This document shows positions 31,267 through 40,966 of a DNA stretch of 64,000 nt, in pieces (position 1 is the stretch's first letter; the number at the start of each line of letters is the position of its first letter). A program made the translations under genes and the position numbers. The notes under the pieces are model-generated. The model worked only from the letters and a program-made list of their open reading frames with translations, was not told where the DNA came from and made no database searches. The stretch lies in NCBI GenBank assembly GCA_963778115.1, contig CAVZSV010000005.1:480001-544000 (forward strand), read 5' to 3'. This DNA comes from an uncultured delta proteobacterium. GTDB taxonomy: Bacteria > Bdellovibrionota > FAC87 > UBA2466.

Positions 31267-32583
31267 TTGCCTCGCGTCATCACCCCAATCATTCTTTTCC
31301 TACTCTTTACCGCTATACCTGTGCACGCTGAAGACGGTGTGCCCGAAGAAGAGCAGCAATCCGTTACTGAGGGCAAGAAGGACGTCGCTCCCTTAGCGCC
31401 CCAAGAAACGATCCCAACAACAACGCCGGCAGTAATTCAGACAGACCAAGCAGCTCCTTTGCTTCCTTCAGGAGGCTCTCTCGTAGATAAGCCTCCGCCA
31501 CCGGCATCACTGCAATCTTCAGATGACAAATCCTCCGATGACAAAGTGGAAGAGGAAACGACAGCAGGGCCCGCTCCGTTAGTGGACCCGAACCTCGCTC
31601 AGAGTGATGCCAACAATTCAAAAACAAAAACGCTTAATCAGGTACTCCTAACGCGATTAAAAAATGCCAAGGGAAAAGAACTAATCGTGGCAGTTCTCAG
31701 CCCCATCGATCAAAGTCAGCAGGACCTTGGCGAATATGTGCGCAGTTCGCTCATGAAGAACCTCGAAAAGTTCGGACACGAGAGTGTCTTGCCTAGCGAC
31801 ATCACGCCAGCCGCCATTGATCTTGAAAACTTTCGAAGTATCATTTTAAAGACAAAATCCGATATCCTTTTAATTTCCGTCATTAAATCCGCAGGGTGTG
31901 AACTTTTCCTATTCGATAAACGAACCCCATATCAAATTTATTTTTACTCGCAGGACTTCCCCGAAGAGTTCCAAGGACATCCCAATAGAGATCTCCTTGA
32001 AGCCTATTTGCCGCTGGCATTACGTCGCCTGCTTTATTCTTTTGTGCAAAAAGAGTCCTTTGAAATGCCTCGCGAAATCACTACCGCTACTTTGCGAGGA
32101 GAAGAGATTCCGTATTGGATCGCTCGTCCGGGGCTAGTCACCCTGGTCAACCATGATACCCTTTCCAATATCTACGGATCGGTCACTATGGGGGGCTCCC
32201 TTGGAATTGGCCTCGGAACCACTTCAAGCGTTTTTGGGATCCAAACCGGCTTTCGAATAGCCGATGATTACTATCTGGAAGCTTCGTTAGAAAGTTTCAC
32301 CTACAACTCATTCGGTCTTTCGCTAAAACACGCCATTACCTTCCCCGACACGCCGATGAAAATTTTTGCGGGTATGGGTATCTCCTATCTTTTTAGCAAC
32401 CACGCGATTGGATTTGATGCCGCTTATCTTCCCACGGCAAATACCATCTATTTCGTTCCCAGTATGTCGATTGTTTTTCCGGTGGTCGAAGTCTATTTGA
32501 AATTCGCCTCCGAACTCTTCATCAGCCCTGTTCACCCGGGAGTATTCCTAACGTTAGGTCCTGGTTTGTTCATGCATTTCTAA
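31267..32583 (+). CDS. Secreted protein with probable C-terminal outer-membrane beta-barrel
   Basis: Signal peptide, acidic Pro-rich linker, alternating beta-strands, terminal Phe. Confidence 0.6.
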   Translation: MPRVITPIILFLLFTAIPVHAEDGVPEEEQQSVTEGKKDVAPLAPQETIPTTTPAVIQTDQAAPLLPSGGSLVDKPPPPASLQSSDDKSSDDKVEEETTAGPAPLVDPNLAQSDANNSKTKTLNQVLLTRLKNAKGKELIVAVLSPIDQSQQDLGEYVRSSLMKNLEKFGHESVLPSDITPAAIDLENFRSIILKTKSDILLISVIKSAGCELFLFDKRTPYQIYFYSQDFPEEFQGHPNRDLLEAYLPLALRRLLYSFVQKESFEMPREITTATLRGEEIPYWIARPGLVTLVNHDTLSNIYGSVTMGGSLGIGLGTTSSVFGIQTGFRIADDYYLEASLESFTYNSFGLSLKHAITFPDTPMKIFAGMGISYLFSNHAIGFDAAYLPTANTIYFVPSMSIVFPVVEVYLKFASELFISPVHPGVFLTLGPGLFMHF

Positions 32584-32744
32584 CTCTCAATCTATCGAGT
32601 AACTCCAACAAAATCCCAAGCCGAAGACACGCTGGATTCCACGTTCGGACTAAACCCACGTGTACCCATAGCGATTCCCTTTTGGGTATGGCTAGATCAA
32701 ACACACCGCCAAACAAGTGAAGCGCCCGGCGAAGACGCTCCTTT

Positions 32745-33101
32745 CTAAGGAATCACCGGCTGCCTGTTGTACGGAAGTACGGAGAGTTCTGGAAGTTTAG
32801 GATGGTCGAGCGAGGCCGTCCCCCGATCTACTATTCTGGGGCGAGGGCAGTACTTTCGAAAATGGCTGGTGTCACCAGGACAATACCAGGTGTCTTTGAG
32901 ACTCACCTTCATCCAACGATAGCCGGCATAGTAATGTTCGTACTGAAAGGGATCCAAAGTGCTCATGACGGAATAGATCCTATCGAGTCTACCGTAAGCA
33001 TCATATTGTTCGACTTTCAGTTGATAGACTCGATAGCTCGCCATAGCCGACGAAGCCAGAATGACAAGTCCCAGAGCAATCAAATGGCAGAGTCTTCTCA
33101 C
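32745..33101 (-). CDS. Small secreted hypothetical protein, last gene of the tat-sel run
   Basis: Signal peptide (AMA-S), STLDP.QY, TWYCPG. Confidence 0.65.
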   Translation of the reverse strand: MRRLCHLIALGLVILASSAMASYRVYQLKVEQYDAYGRLDRIYSVMSTLDPFQYEHYYAGYRWMKVSLKDTWYCPGDTSHFRKYCPRPRIVDRGTASLDHPKLPELSVLPYNRQPVIP

Positions 33102-33116
33102 CCTTTACTTATCGGA

Positions 33117-34925
33117 CTATGGGCGAAGAAGCTTTCGCACCCCGTCTTTGAGATAAGTAATCCTATCGCTATCCATGTGCTCCAAAAAAAGGACGACATG
33201 CTTGCGAGAAAGAGATAACTCGTCGCGTAACTCGCTGGTGGTGGCTTGCCCTTTTTTCTGTAAATAGCCGGTCACTTTCTGACAAAGCGCTTCGTAACGC
33301 TGACGGCTCAGATAGTGGTCGTTACCCAAGGACACAACAGAGCCCGCCTTTACCAAATTTGCCAGGGTTTGCCGAAATTCTTTTTTTTCCAATAGAACGG
33401 CTAAGTTGGCCGGGTTCAGTTCACCGCTCAAGCTGTCTAAAATCTTTTTTTCCGCCAGGACTTCGCTAGGACTACGAGCCACTTCCGCAAACGGATTACG
33501 AAAAGACTCCCCTTCTCTCTTTAATCCCAGCGCCTGAATCCAAAGAGGGAGCACTTGGGAAGCTTTTGCTTTGGGAGCTTCAAACTTACTCTTCCAAATC
33601 GCCTCTATCTGACTAAAAGATAATTTTTCTTTTTGCCTTCGTAATTCATTTTTCCACTGTTCGAGCGGCTCTCTCTTTACGGCAAACGCTTGGGTAGGAT
33701 CCACCCACCACTCGGCCATTTTCCGAAGAGAATCAACAGAGGTCCCGTAAATTGAAGCTTGAAAAAGATGTCTCTGCACCACCGATTGCTTCTCCCACAG
33801 AAATTCAGTAAACCCCTTTTCGGAATCGGACCAATGCGATAACCATTGGCAACTAAGCTTGTGAGCTCCTTTCGTAGGCTCTAGATCAATCACGACTGCA
33901 AATCCCAAAAGCCGTTCGTCTCCGGAGGAACGAATCATAAAAGGCTCGCCCGCTCTCAAGGGAACTGCTGCTGTAAATTTAAATCTCGCGAATCGCTCCC
34001 CTTCTTTGTTCAAAGGAATTAAGGTTGCTACAAAGTTTCCAGTCCCCACATGCACGGTGCATTGGACTGATCTCATCGGGGTTTTCACGGGATTGAACCA
34101 AGTCACCTTGGCATCGCATTGCAAAACAAGCTGACTCATGGGTTTACTCTCGATGAGAGCCCCACGATCCACATCTTCCTTGGAGATCTTTGATAGTTGA
34201 ATGGCCAAGCGCGATACCGGCTCGGCGACCGAAACAGAGTGGTGGTAACATTGGAGGGATTTCACCACCGCAGTTTTCCCGGAAGTAACCAGAGTTACCG
34301 TATCCCCTTCCCTAAGCGCCCCTTCGCGCAAAGTTCCGGTGACGATTACGCCTAAGCCTTTTGGCACAAAAACTCTGTCGACCCATAATCTAGCATTCCT
34401 TCTATCAAGGGGCGCGGGAAGAGAGGTGACTAGGTTCTGGACTTCGTCTTTTACCTCTTTTAACGACTCCTCAGAGTGGATAGAAAAGAGAACCACCGGA
34501 CTCTTTTCCGTAAAGGCCCCTTCCAACTTCTCTTGCAGTTGCCTCTGGACTTCTAGTGCGCGTACCGGAGGCACAAGATCGGTTTTGGAAACTATTCCTA
34601 TTCCTCGCCTAACTCCCAATCCTTTTAAGACTTGTAGATGCTCTTCACTTTGAGGCATCCATCCATCATCGGCTGCGACCACAAAGAGAAAAGCGTCCAT
34701 GGCCGAAACACCCGATGCCATATTCTTAACAAATCGGTGGTGTCCGGGAACATCGACAATCCCGATCCGTTTCCCGGACTTAAGCGCTAAGGAGACGAAA
34801 TTAAGATCTATCGTCATTGCTCTTCGCTTCTCCTCGGGCAGTCGGTCAGGCTCTAGACCTGTCAGAAGTCTTAAAAGAGAGGACTTTCCGTGATCCACAT
34901 GGCCCGCGGTTCCTAGGACGAACAC
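33117..34925 (-). CDS. selB: Selenocysteine-specific elongation factor
   Basis: GTAGHVDHGKS, DVPGH, C-terminal winged helix LSRK...LEHMD. Confidence 0.95.
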   Translation of the reverse strand: MFVLGTAGHVDHGKSSLLRLLTGLEPDRLPEEKRRAMTIDLNFVSLALKSGKRIGIVDVPGHHRFVKNMASGVSAMDAFLFVVAADDGWMPQSEEHLQVLKGLGVRRGIGIVSKTDLVPPVRALEVQRQLQEKLEGAFTEKSPVVLFSIHSEESLKEVKDEVQNLVTSLPAPLDRRNARLWVDRVFVPKGLGVIVTGTLREGALREGDTVTLVTSGKTAVVKSLQCYHHSVSVAEPVSRLAIQLSKISKEDVDRGALIESKPMSQLVLQCDAKVTWFNPVKTPMRSVQCTVHVGTGNFVATLIPLNKEGERFARFKFTAAVPLRAGEPFMIRSSGDERLLGFAVVIDLEPTKGAHKLSCQWLSHWSDSEKGFTEFLWEKQSVVQRHLFQASIYGTSVDSLRKMAEWWVDPTQAFAVKREPLEQWKNELRRQKEKLSFSQIEAIWKSKFEAPKAKASQVLPLWIQALGLKREGESFRNPFAEVARSPSEVLAEKKILDSLSGELNPANLAVLLEKKEFRQTLANLVKAGSVVSLGNDHYLSRQRYEALCQKVTGYLQKKGQATTSELRDELSLSRKHVVLFLEHMDSDRITYLKDGVRKLLRP

Positions 34926-36268
34926 AAAAGCCTCTCGCGAAGGGTTTCGATGAACGCCGCCTCTTCGGAAGGAAATACTGTTCTTAGATCAAAGGAGAGT
35001 TTGCAATGGGCTTTTCGTGCCACCACAGGAACTTTTGCCGTGAGAAGGGTACGGCAAGCCGCTTCTACATCATCGACGGGGATCTCAATTAACCAGGTAG
35101 GCAACTCTTCAGCGGGAAGAGCGCCTCCTCCCACCGAACTTGTGCCGGCAACCACGCTAGCCTGGGAACCTAATTTCGTTGCTATAGCCAAAGCACGATC
35201 TTTTATCTCGTTAGGATCCAAGGTGATTAGTTTCACCGCCGGCGGTTGGCGCCCTTCCAAATAGTCGTGGAGAGCCGCTTCAAGAAAGTAGATCTCAGTC
35301 TTTCCCACTCTAAGCGCTCGATACAACGGACACTCCTTCAACTTCTTTATCCAGGATGCTTTTCCGATGATAAATCCAGCTTGAGCGCCGCCTAGTAATT
35401 TATCCCCACTAAAACAAACGATGTCAGCGCCTTGATCTAAAGCCTCTTGAATCCTGGTCTCATTAACGGCCAAGCGAAGCATTGCCCCGCCCCCCAAATC
35501 GAAAACCAGAGGGATTTCGTGAGTCTTGGATAGCATGGCTAACGCTTTTAGTGACACGGATTGCGTATGGCCTTCGACAACAAAATTACTCTGATGAACC
35601 TTTAACAATACCGCGGTATCGCTCGTTATTGCCTTTTCGTAGTCCTCTATAGAAGTGATGTTGGTCGTTCCCACTTCTTTCAAGTGAACTCCACTAGTCT
35701 CCATGATTTCAGGAATGCGAAAGCCTCCTCCTATTTGCACCAACTCTCCACGCGACACTACGGCAGACTTCCCCTTTGCGATCGCATGAAGGGCAAGGAC
35801 TAGGGCGGCGGCGTTGTTATTAACTACCAGGGCACTTTCCGCCCCGGTACAGAGTTCAATCAAAGCTTCCACTCGACCCGTTCGACTCCCTCTATCCCCT
35901 CTCGCCAAATCGAACTCTAAATCACAATAGCCGTCCAAAACGCCGGCGGCGTTCTTCCACCACTGGATTCCCAAAGGAGCACGACCCAGATTGGTGTGTA
36001 AAACCACTCCCGTGGCGTTGATCACTTTTTTGAGCGAAAGCTCAGTCCAGGCTTGATAGCTTTCTTGCAAACGATTTACGATTTCATGACGGGCCGGACA
36101 CGCCGCTCCCTTTTTGATTTCCGTGCGAAGCGCGTCGATAACCCTCTGCGCCATCCGGACCCGATACGCGCGGACTAACTTATCATTCCAAGCCATTAGC
36201 TCTGGACTCTCAACCAAGGTCTCAACACTGGGAATTTGCTGAAAAGACGTTTTATCGGAGGTTGTCAT
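34913..36268 (-). CDS. selA: L-seryl-tRNA(Sec) selenium transferase
   Basis: INATGVVLHTNLGRA, VNNNAAA, SRGELV.IGG.FR, SGDKLLGG (PLP Lys). Confidence 0.96.
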   Translation of the reverse strand: MTTSDKTSFQQIPSVETLVESPELMAWNDKLVRAYRVRMAQRVIDALRTEIKKGAACPARHEIVNRLQESYQAWTELSLKKVINATGVVLHTNLGRAPLGIQWWKNAAGVLDGYCDLEFDLARGDRGSRTGRVEALIELCTGAESALVVNNNAAALVLALHAIAKGKSAVVSRGELVQIGGGFRIPEIMETSGVHLKEVGTTNITSIEDYEKAITSDTAVLLKVHQSNFVVEGHTQSVSLKALAMLSKTHEIPLVFDLGGGAMLRLAVNETRIQEALDQGADIVCFSGDKLLGGAQAGFIIGKASWIKKLKECPLYRALRVGKTEIYFLEAALHDYLEGRQPPAVKLITLDPNEIKDRALAIATKLGSQASVVAGTSSVGGGALPAEELPTWLIEIPVDDVEAACRTLLTAKVPVVARKAHCKLSFDLRTVFPSEEAAFIETLRERLLCSS

Positions 36269-36285
36269 TAGCTATTAACCTCATG

Positions 36286-37098
36286 CTAAGTCGTGGTGGC
36301 CTCTGCTGAAGCCCATCTGACTGCTATTACGGAAAATTCATACAGCATCCATAAGGGAGCCCAAACGATCAACATCGAAAAGGCATCCGGAGTGGGACTG
36401 ATAAACGCCGCCAAAATTCCAAGTCCGAGAATGGCATGGCGGCGGTACCGGGAGAGTGCCTTGGCTTCCAATAATCCGAATCGAGCTAGAAGTACCAAAA
36501 GTACCGGCAGCTCAAAGACAAGGCCCGTCGTCGCCATCATTTTTAAGGTCAAAGTAAAGTACTGCTCTAAACGAATGCGGGGCAATCCCCCTGATACGCC
36601 AAACTTAAGCATAAACCGGTAACAACTTGGAATGATCACGTAGAAAGCAAACGCTGCTCCCAGCAAAAACGCCACACTCCCCAACGCCAGAAACGGAATT
36701 AAAAAGCGCCGTTCGTGTTTATATAGGGCCGGAGCAACAAACCACCATAACTGATAGAGCAAGTACGGGGAGGTCGCTACAATCCCTGCCACTAGACTCA
36801 CTTTGAAATACACCATGAACTTTTCGGCAACGCCTAAATAATAAAGGTGAGCCTCAGCGGGAGGCAGTAGCTTTAAATACGGTTTTTCCAAAAAGGCAAC
36901 GATGCGGTCGCAGACTAAATACCCGCCTGTCGCACCTATAAACAGAGCGGCCAGCACACGAACGATGACTTTGCGTAAATCGTCGAGATGCTGCCATAAC
37001 GGCATGCGACTTGAATCGTCTTTTAAGTCGTCTGTAGACACTGGGGAAGTCGAAGAGGGAGGGGAATTAGCACCAGTCGGAACCGTCGGCTCTTGCAT
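36286..37098 (-). CDS. tatC: Twin-arginine translocase subunit C
   Basis: HL.DLR, Q.W.F.APALY..E, FELP, PTPD; 6 TM helices. Confidence 0.95.
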   Translation of the reverse strand: MQEPTVPTGANSPPSSTSPVSTDDLKDDSSRMPLWQHLDDLRKVIVRVLAALFIGATGGYLVCDRIVAFLEKPYLKLLPPAEAHLYYLGVAEKFMVYFKVSLVAGIVATSPYLLYQLWWFVAPALYKHERRFLIPFLALGSVAFLLGAAFAFYVIIPSCYRFMLKFGVSGGLPRIRLEQYFTLTLKMMATTGLVFELPVLLVLLARFGLLEAKALSRYRRHAILGLGILAAFISPTPDAFSMLIVWAPLWMLYEFSVIAVRWASAEATTT

Positions 37099-37108
37099 GA
37101 ACAGCCTG

Positions 37109-37375
37109 TCAGGTGGATGACTTACCGGAATCGCCCCCGGACGCTGCGTCCTTCTTTATTTCGGTAGTCTGCGTTTGGGTAGGTTTTTCTGTAAGCGTTG
37201 GAGAATTCGCCGGAGGGAGGGTCTGTTTAGGCTCATCCCCTTCCTCAAGAGCTTTCTTAAAATCTCGAATTCCTTTACCCAATCCTTTGGCCAATTCGGG
37301 TAACCGCTTTGGGCCAAATAGAAGAAGGGCCGCCCCACCAATAACTAAAAGTTCAGGAAGTCCAAGTTCGAACAT
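37109..37375 (-). CDS. tatA: Twin-arginine translocase TatA/E
   Basis: ELLVI...[18 protein letters not shown]. Confidence 0.92.
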   Translation of the reverse strand: MFELGLPELLVIGGAALLLFGPKRLPELAKGLGKGIRDFKKALEEGDEPKQTLPPANSPTLTEKPTQTQTTEIKKDAASGGDSGKSST

Positions 37376-37526
37376 AATAGTTACCTTAACGCACTTTAGG
37401 CCTCTTCGTCAAAAGATGAACGAACCCACGAATATCACTGTCGGATTCTAGGGGAATCGCTTAAAATAATGGGAAGCCTTTAGAGCCTCAAAGCACCCCC
37501 GATTACTCGGAAAAAAACGGCACCTT

Positions 37527-38627
37527 GTGAGCGCAAAACATCTGAAACTTTCGCAGAATCACATGGCAACCACGTTCGATTTTGTGATTAGCTGCGGAGA
37601 GACTCGTTTGGTCGCGGCACGTGAAGTGCTTCTCCAAGGCCATCGATTAGTCAGTCAGCTCGAAGCCGAATTGACCGAGTTTATCGACGAGAGTCCCATT
37701 GCGACAATTAACCGTTCCCTCCCCGGAACGCGAATTAAGGTTACCCAAAGTGCTATCGACCTGTTCGTTTTGTCGGAAAGACTTCGCATGGCTACCCAGG
37801 GTGCTTTCCATTGTTGCGCTAAGAGCGCCCCGTTATCTGATGCGTCATTTTCTTGGGATGCGCAAAGCATGACCGCATGGCGAAATACTAAAGCGACCCA
37901 CATCGGTTTTGGAGCCATCGGCAAAGGCTACGCACTCGATCGAGTCCGAGAGCTCATAGAGCAAGCTGGATTTCAGGACTACTTCTTAAGCGGCGGCGGT
38001 AGCAGCCTTATCATCTGCGGATTTTGCGCTCCGAAGGTGGCCTGGAAATGGGGATGGAGCTGGCAAAAAGCCCAGAACGCAGATCCGCTAGGAATCAGCT
38101 TTTCGCACGAAGGGGGAGCATCCGTCGCCATCGGAGTTTCAGGTCTCCACGAAAAAGGATTTCATATTATCGATCCGCGCAACAACGAAAAAGCCCAAAC
38201 TGCCCGAAGTGCCCTAGTCGCCCTTCCTTCGGCAGCCGAAGCCGATGCTTTGTCCACAGCGCTATTTGTCGGAGGCTGGGAAGAAGAGACAAAGCACTTT
38301 GCCAAACTTCCCACCTTGCCCGCGATGGCCGTCATCGATAACGACTCCAAACCCAGATGGAACGGAACTTTTCAAAAATTGTGGGGTTCGGTGTCCTCCT
38401 TCGTTCCCATCGTCTGCCTGTTTTTTTGGTCATCCCTCCTTCTTGCCGATGATAGCGTCGACCTAGGGGGAACGGCTGATGTCTTTGCCCCTTACACCTT
38501 TGACAGAAATTATTGGTTCACTTTGTTACCTTTGGCGGCGCTTGGATTGGTTCTGCTTCACTTACAGAAGCTGAACTCCCGACCCCAAACTCAACCACAC
38601 CAAACGGAGGAAACTCATGAGACGTAA
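37527..38627 (+). CDS. apbE: FAD:protein FMN transferase with C-terminal hydrophobic extension
   Basis: G.IGKGYA.D, HIIDPR, ADALSTA. Confidence 0.88.
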   Translation: MSAKHLKLSQNHMATTFDFVISCGETRLVAAREVLLQGHRLVSQLEAELTEFIDESPIATINRSLPGTRIKVTQSAIDLFVLSERLRMATQGAFHCCAKSAPLSDASFSWDAQSMTAWRNTKATHIGFGAIGKGYALDRVRELIEQAGFQDYFLSGGGSSLIICGFCAPKVAWKWGWSWQKAQNADPLGISFSHEGGASVAIGVSGLHEKGFHIIDPRNNEKAQTARSALVALPSAAEADALSTALFVGGWEEETKHFAKLPTLPAMAVIDNDSKPRWNGTFQKLWGSVSSFVPIVCLFFWSSLLLADDSVDLGGTADVFAPYTFDRNYWFTLLPLAALGLVLLHLQKLNSRPQTQPHQTEETHET

Positions 38628-39111
38628 TACGGCCAAACTCTTAACCGGTTCGTTATTATTACTGCAAATCACGGCCGCTCAATCGAGCGAATTCATGCCT
38701 TTAAAGACAGCCCTCTCCAAAGCACTAGGAACCACCAAAGCTTTCCAGAAAAAGATCGGAACTGACAACGTCTACTACGCTAAAGATAGCGCCGGAAAGC
38801 CGACGAAGTTAGCCATCGTTCAAAAAGGCCTTTATAAACCCGATTGCACCCATACCTGGGTCATCGGAATGAACGCAAACGATTCCACCGTTGATCAAGT
38901 TCTCGTCGTGGAGATGAAATGCCCCCACGCTTTCCCGACAAACAAAGCCTTTTACCTCGATCAATACAAAGGGAAAGGACCGGCCGATGTCGCTAACCTA
39001 AAAAGCCAAGTCACTACCGTTGCTAAGGCCACTGCGACTTCGAACTTAACGACCGATGCCGTCGTTACCGCGATTAACGACGCCGTTGCCTTTCACAAGG
39101 AAGTCAACTAG
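38617..39111 (+). CDS. Exported FMN-binding (flavinylation-target) domain protein
   Basis: Signal peptide; YLDQYKGK and VAKATATS aligning with FL.QF.GK and SGAT.TS; follows apbE. Confidence 0.7.
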   Translation: MRRNTAKLLTGSLLLLQITAAQSSEFMPLKTALSKALGTTKAFQKKIGTDNVYYAKDSAGKPTKLAIVQKGLYKPDCTHTWVIGMNANDSTVDQVLVVEMKCPHAFPTNKAFYLDQYKGKGPADVANLKSQVTTVAKATATSNLTTDAVVTAINDAVAFHKEVN

Positions 39112-40688
39112 TGCTCGGAATGCCGACAAGACGAATTCGCATCGTGGTACAAGGGGCGGTCTTCGCCCTGTGGGTGGCATTAATTTTTGCCACCCACTAC
39201 CCGATGCAGTCTTGGCTCGTAAAGCATATTCCTGTCTCGCTGATTCTGCGGATTGACCCTTTGGTCATGACGGTGGTCTGCGGCGGTATGAGAATGGCGG
39301 TTACGATTACGCTATTGGGTGCCGTAACCCTCGTCGTCAGTTTACTTCTAGGAAGAGTGTTTTGTGGGTGGGTCTGCCCGCTAGGAACCATCTTTGACGC
39401 TTACGGTTGGATCCTCAAGCGTCTGAACGTCAAGATCGAAGGCCCTTCTCCTAAATGGTTTACTTTCAAATACTACCTTCTTGCCGCAATTTTGGTGTTC
39501 GCGGTGCTGGGAGGGGTAAGTCCGCTGATGGGGTTTGATCCCATCGTTCTACTGACCCGAACGGTAGCGACTCTCATCAATCCCTTTGTGCTTCGGCCTC
39601 GCCAATTTACTTGGAGTGTTTTAGATGCTCCGGGAAACTACGGCTACTTTATCGACGGGGCTACCCTAATCTTGTTCATGGCGATCATGAGCGGTACGAC
39701 TCGACTCTCCCGAATCTGGTGTCGCACGGCCTGCCCGCTTGGAGCCTATTTAGCAGTTCTTTCCAGAAATTCAGTCTTGCGCCGCGATACTACCGGATGT
39801 GTCCATTGCAACATTTGCGCTACTCATTGTCCTACGGGGGCCATCCATTTTAATAACGAAGAGATTTATAATGAATCCGAATGCATTAAGTGTTTTTCCT
39901 GTTCCCAGGTCTGTCCGGTGGATGCCAACTTCTTTACTTACAAGTCACCCGTCCCGGCGGTAAGCCCGTCCCAACATCCCGTTTCCCTCGATAGAAGAAC
40001 ACTTCTTGCAACGATTACAGGTACGCTCATCGCTTCCCCCATACTTAGGATGGCCTCGGGCAATCCCCTATCGCAAAAAAAGCTGCTTCGCCCTCCCATG
40101 AGCCGCGAAGAGCGCGACTTCTTATCGAGTTGCATCCGCTGTACCGAATGCATCAAAGCCTGCCCGACCGGAATATTAAAACCGGCGGGCCTCGAATTCG
40201 GACTTCGAGCGTTCTGGTCTCCAGTAATGGTGCCGACGGAAGGTTATTGCAAGCAAGGTTGTAACGCTTGCTCGGAAGCCTGTCCCACCGACGCCATCAT
40301 GAAATATCCCATCGATCAAAAATATACCTTTAAGTCTGGGACCGCGTTCCTAGAGTCTTCTCGCTGCATTAGTTACACCGAGCGCAAATTCTGTAGCGAA
40401 TGTGTCAGAGTCTGCCCCACCAATGCCATTGATATTGTCCGTGGTTGGGAACCTCCGGGTGTCGATCTCGGCCGGTGGGGAGTTCCCAAAGAGAGTGCCG
40501 ATTTTCCAGCCCCCAATAACCAAACTCCAACGCGCCCCATTCAGGTCACTTTTGAAAAGTGCATCGGTTGCGGGGCTTGCGAAAATGCCTGTAATCAGAT
40601 CGTCATGGGAAGCCCCGCCATGGTTACCACCTCCTTTGGGCGCGCCACCCCAGCCAAAGTGACTGAAGTTGCCCCGCATCCCATTTGA
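39111..40688 (+). CDS. Membrane polyferredoxin (NapH/MauN + NapG/MauM fusion)
   Basis: GRVFCGWVCPLG, WC...CPLG, multiple CxxCxxCxxxCP, internal DRRTLL, LLRPP. Confidence 0.88.
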   Translation: MLGMPTRRIRIVVQGAVFALWVALIFATHYPMQSWLVKHIPVSLILRIDPLVMTVVCGGMRMAVTITLLGAVTLVVSLLLGRVFCGWVCPLGTIFDAYGWILKRLNVKIEGPSPKWFTFKYYLLAAILVFAVLGGVSPLMGFDPIVLLTRTVATLINPFVLRPRQFTWSVLDAPGNYGYFIDGATLILFMAIMSGTTRLSRIWCRTACPLGAYLAVLSRNSVLRRDTTGCVHCNICATHCPTGAIHFNNEEIYNESECIKCFSCSQVCPVDANFFTYKSPVPAVSPSQHPVSLDRRTLLATITGTLIASPILRMASGNPLSQKKLLRPPMSREERDFLSSCIRCTECIKACPTGILKPAGLEFGLRAFWSPVMVPTEGYCKQGCNACSEACPTDAIMKYPIDQKYTFKSGTAFLESSRCISYTERKFCSECVRVCPTNAIDIVRGWEPPGVDLGRWGVPKESADFPAPNNQTPTRPIQVTFEKCIGCGACENACNQIVMGSPAMVTTSFGRATPAKVTEVAPHPI

Positions 40689-40719
40689 GTTTCGGGGCAA
40701 CTGGGTCTAAGATGGGTTC

Positions 40720-40929
40720 ATGGCTCTTGGGCTACCTGAAATTTTAGTATTGGGATCGATTGTGATTCTTATCTCCGGCAGGAAAAAAATTCCTAACGCC
40801 TTTTCCGACTTAGGAAAATCTTTCAAATCGTTTAAATCAGGGCTCGAGGGCGAAGAAGACGAACGGCCCGTCCGAGAGGTCGAAGAGCTTGCTAAAGCTA
40901 AAGACCCTTCTCAAAAGACCAAACCATAA
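40720..40929 (+). CDS. tatA: Second TatA/E-family subunit
   Basis: LGLPEILVL...G.KKIP...LGKSFKSFK. Confidence 0.8.
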   Translation: MALGLPEILVLGSIVILISGRKKIPNAFSDLGKSFKSFKSGLEGEEDERPVREVEELAKAKDPSQKTKP

Positions 40930-40966
40930 TGGTCATTGCGAACAATAGTAGCGTGGAAAAGGTTCA

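Noticed and set aside
32584..32744. Possible tRNA-Sec (selC) downstream of the selAB run
   Set aside because: No TCA anticodon arm or cloverleaf seen here or in the other intergenic gaps examined.
40686..40740. UGA read-through at the end of the polyferredoxin
   Set aside because: The protein is already complete, and the extension is short and hits another stop.
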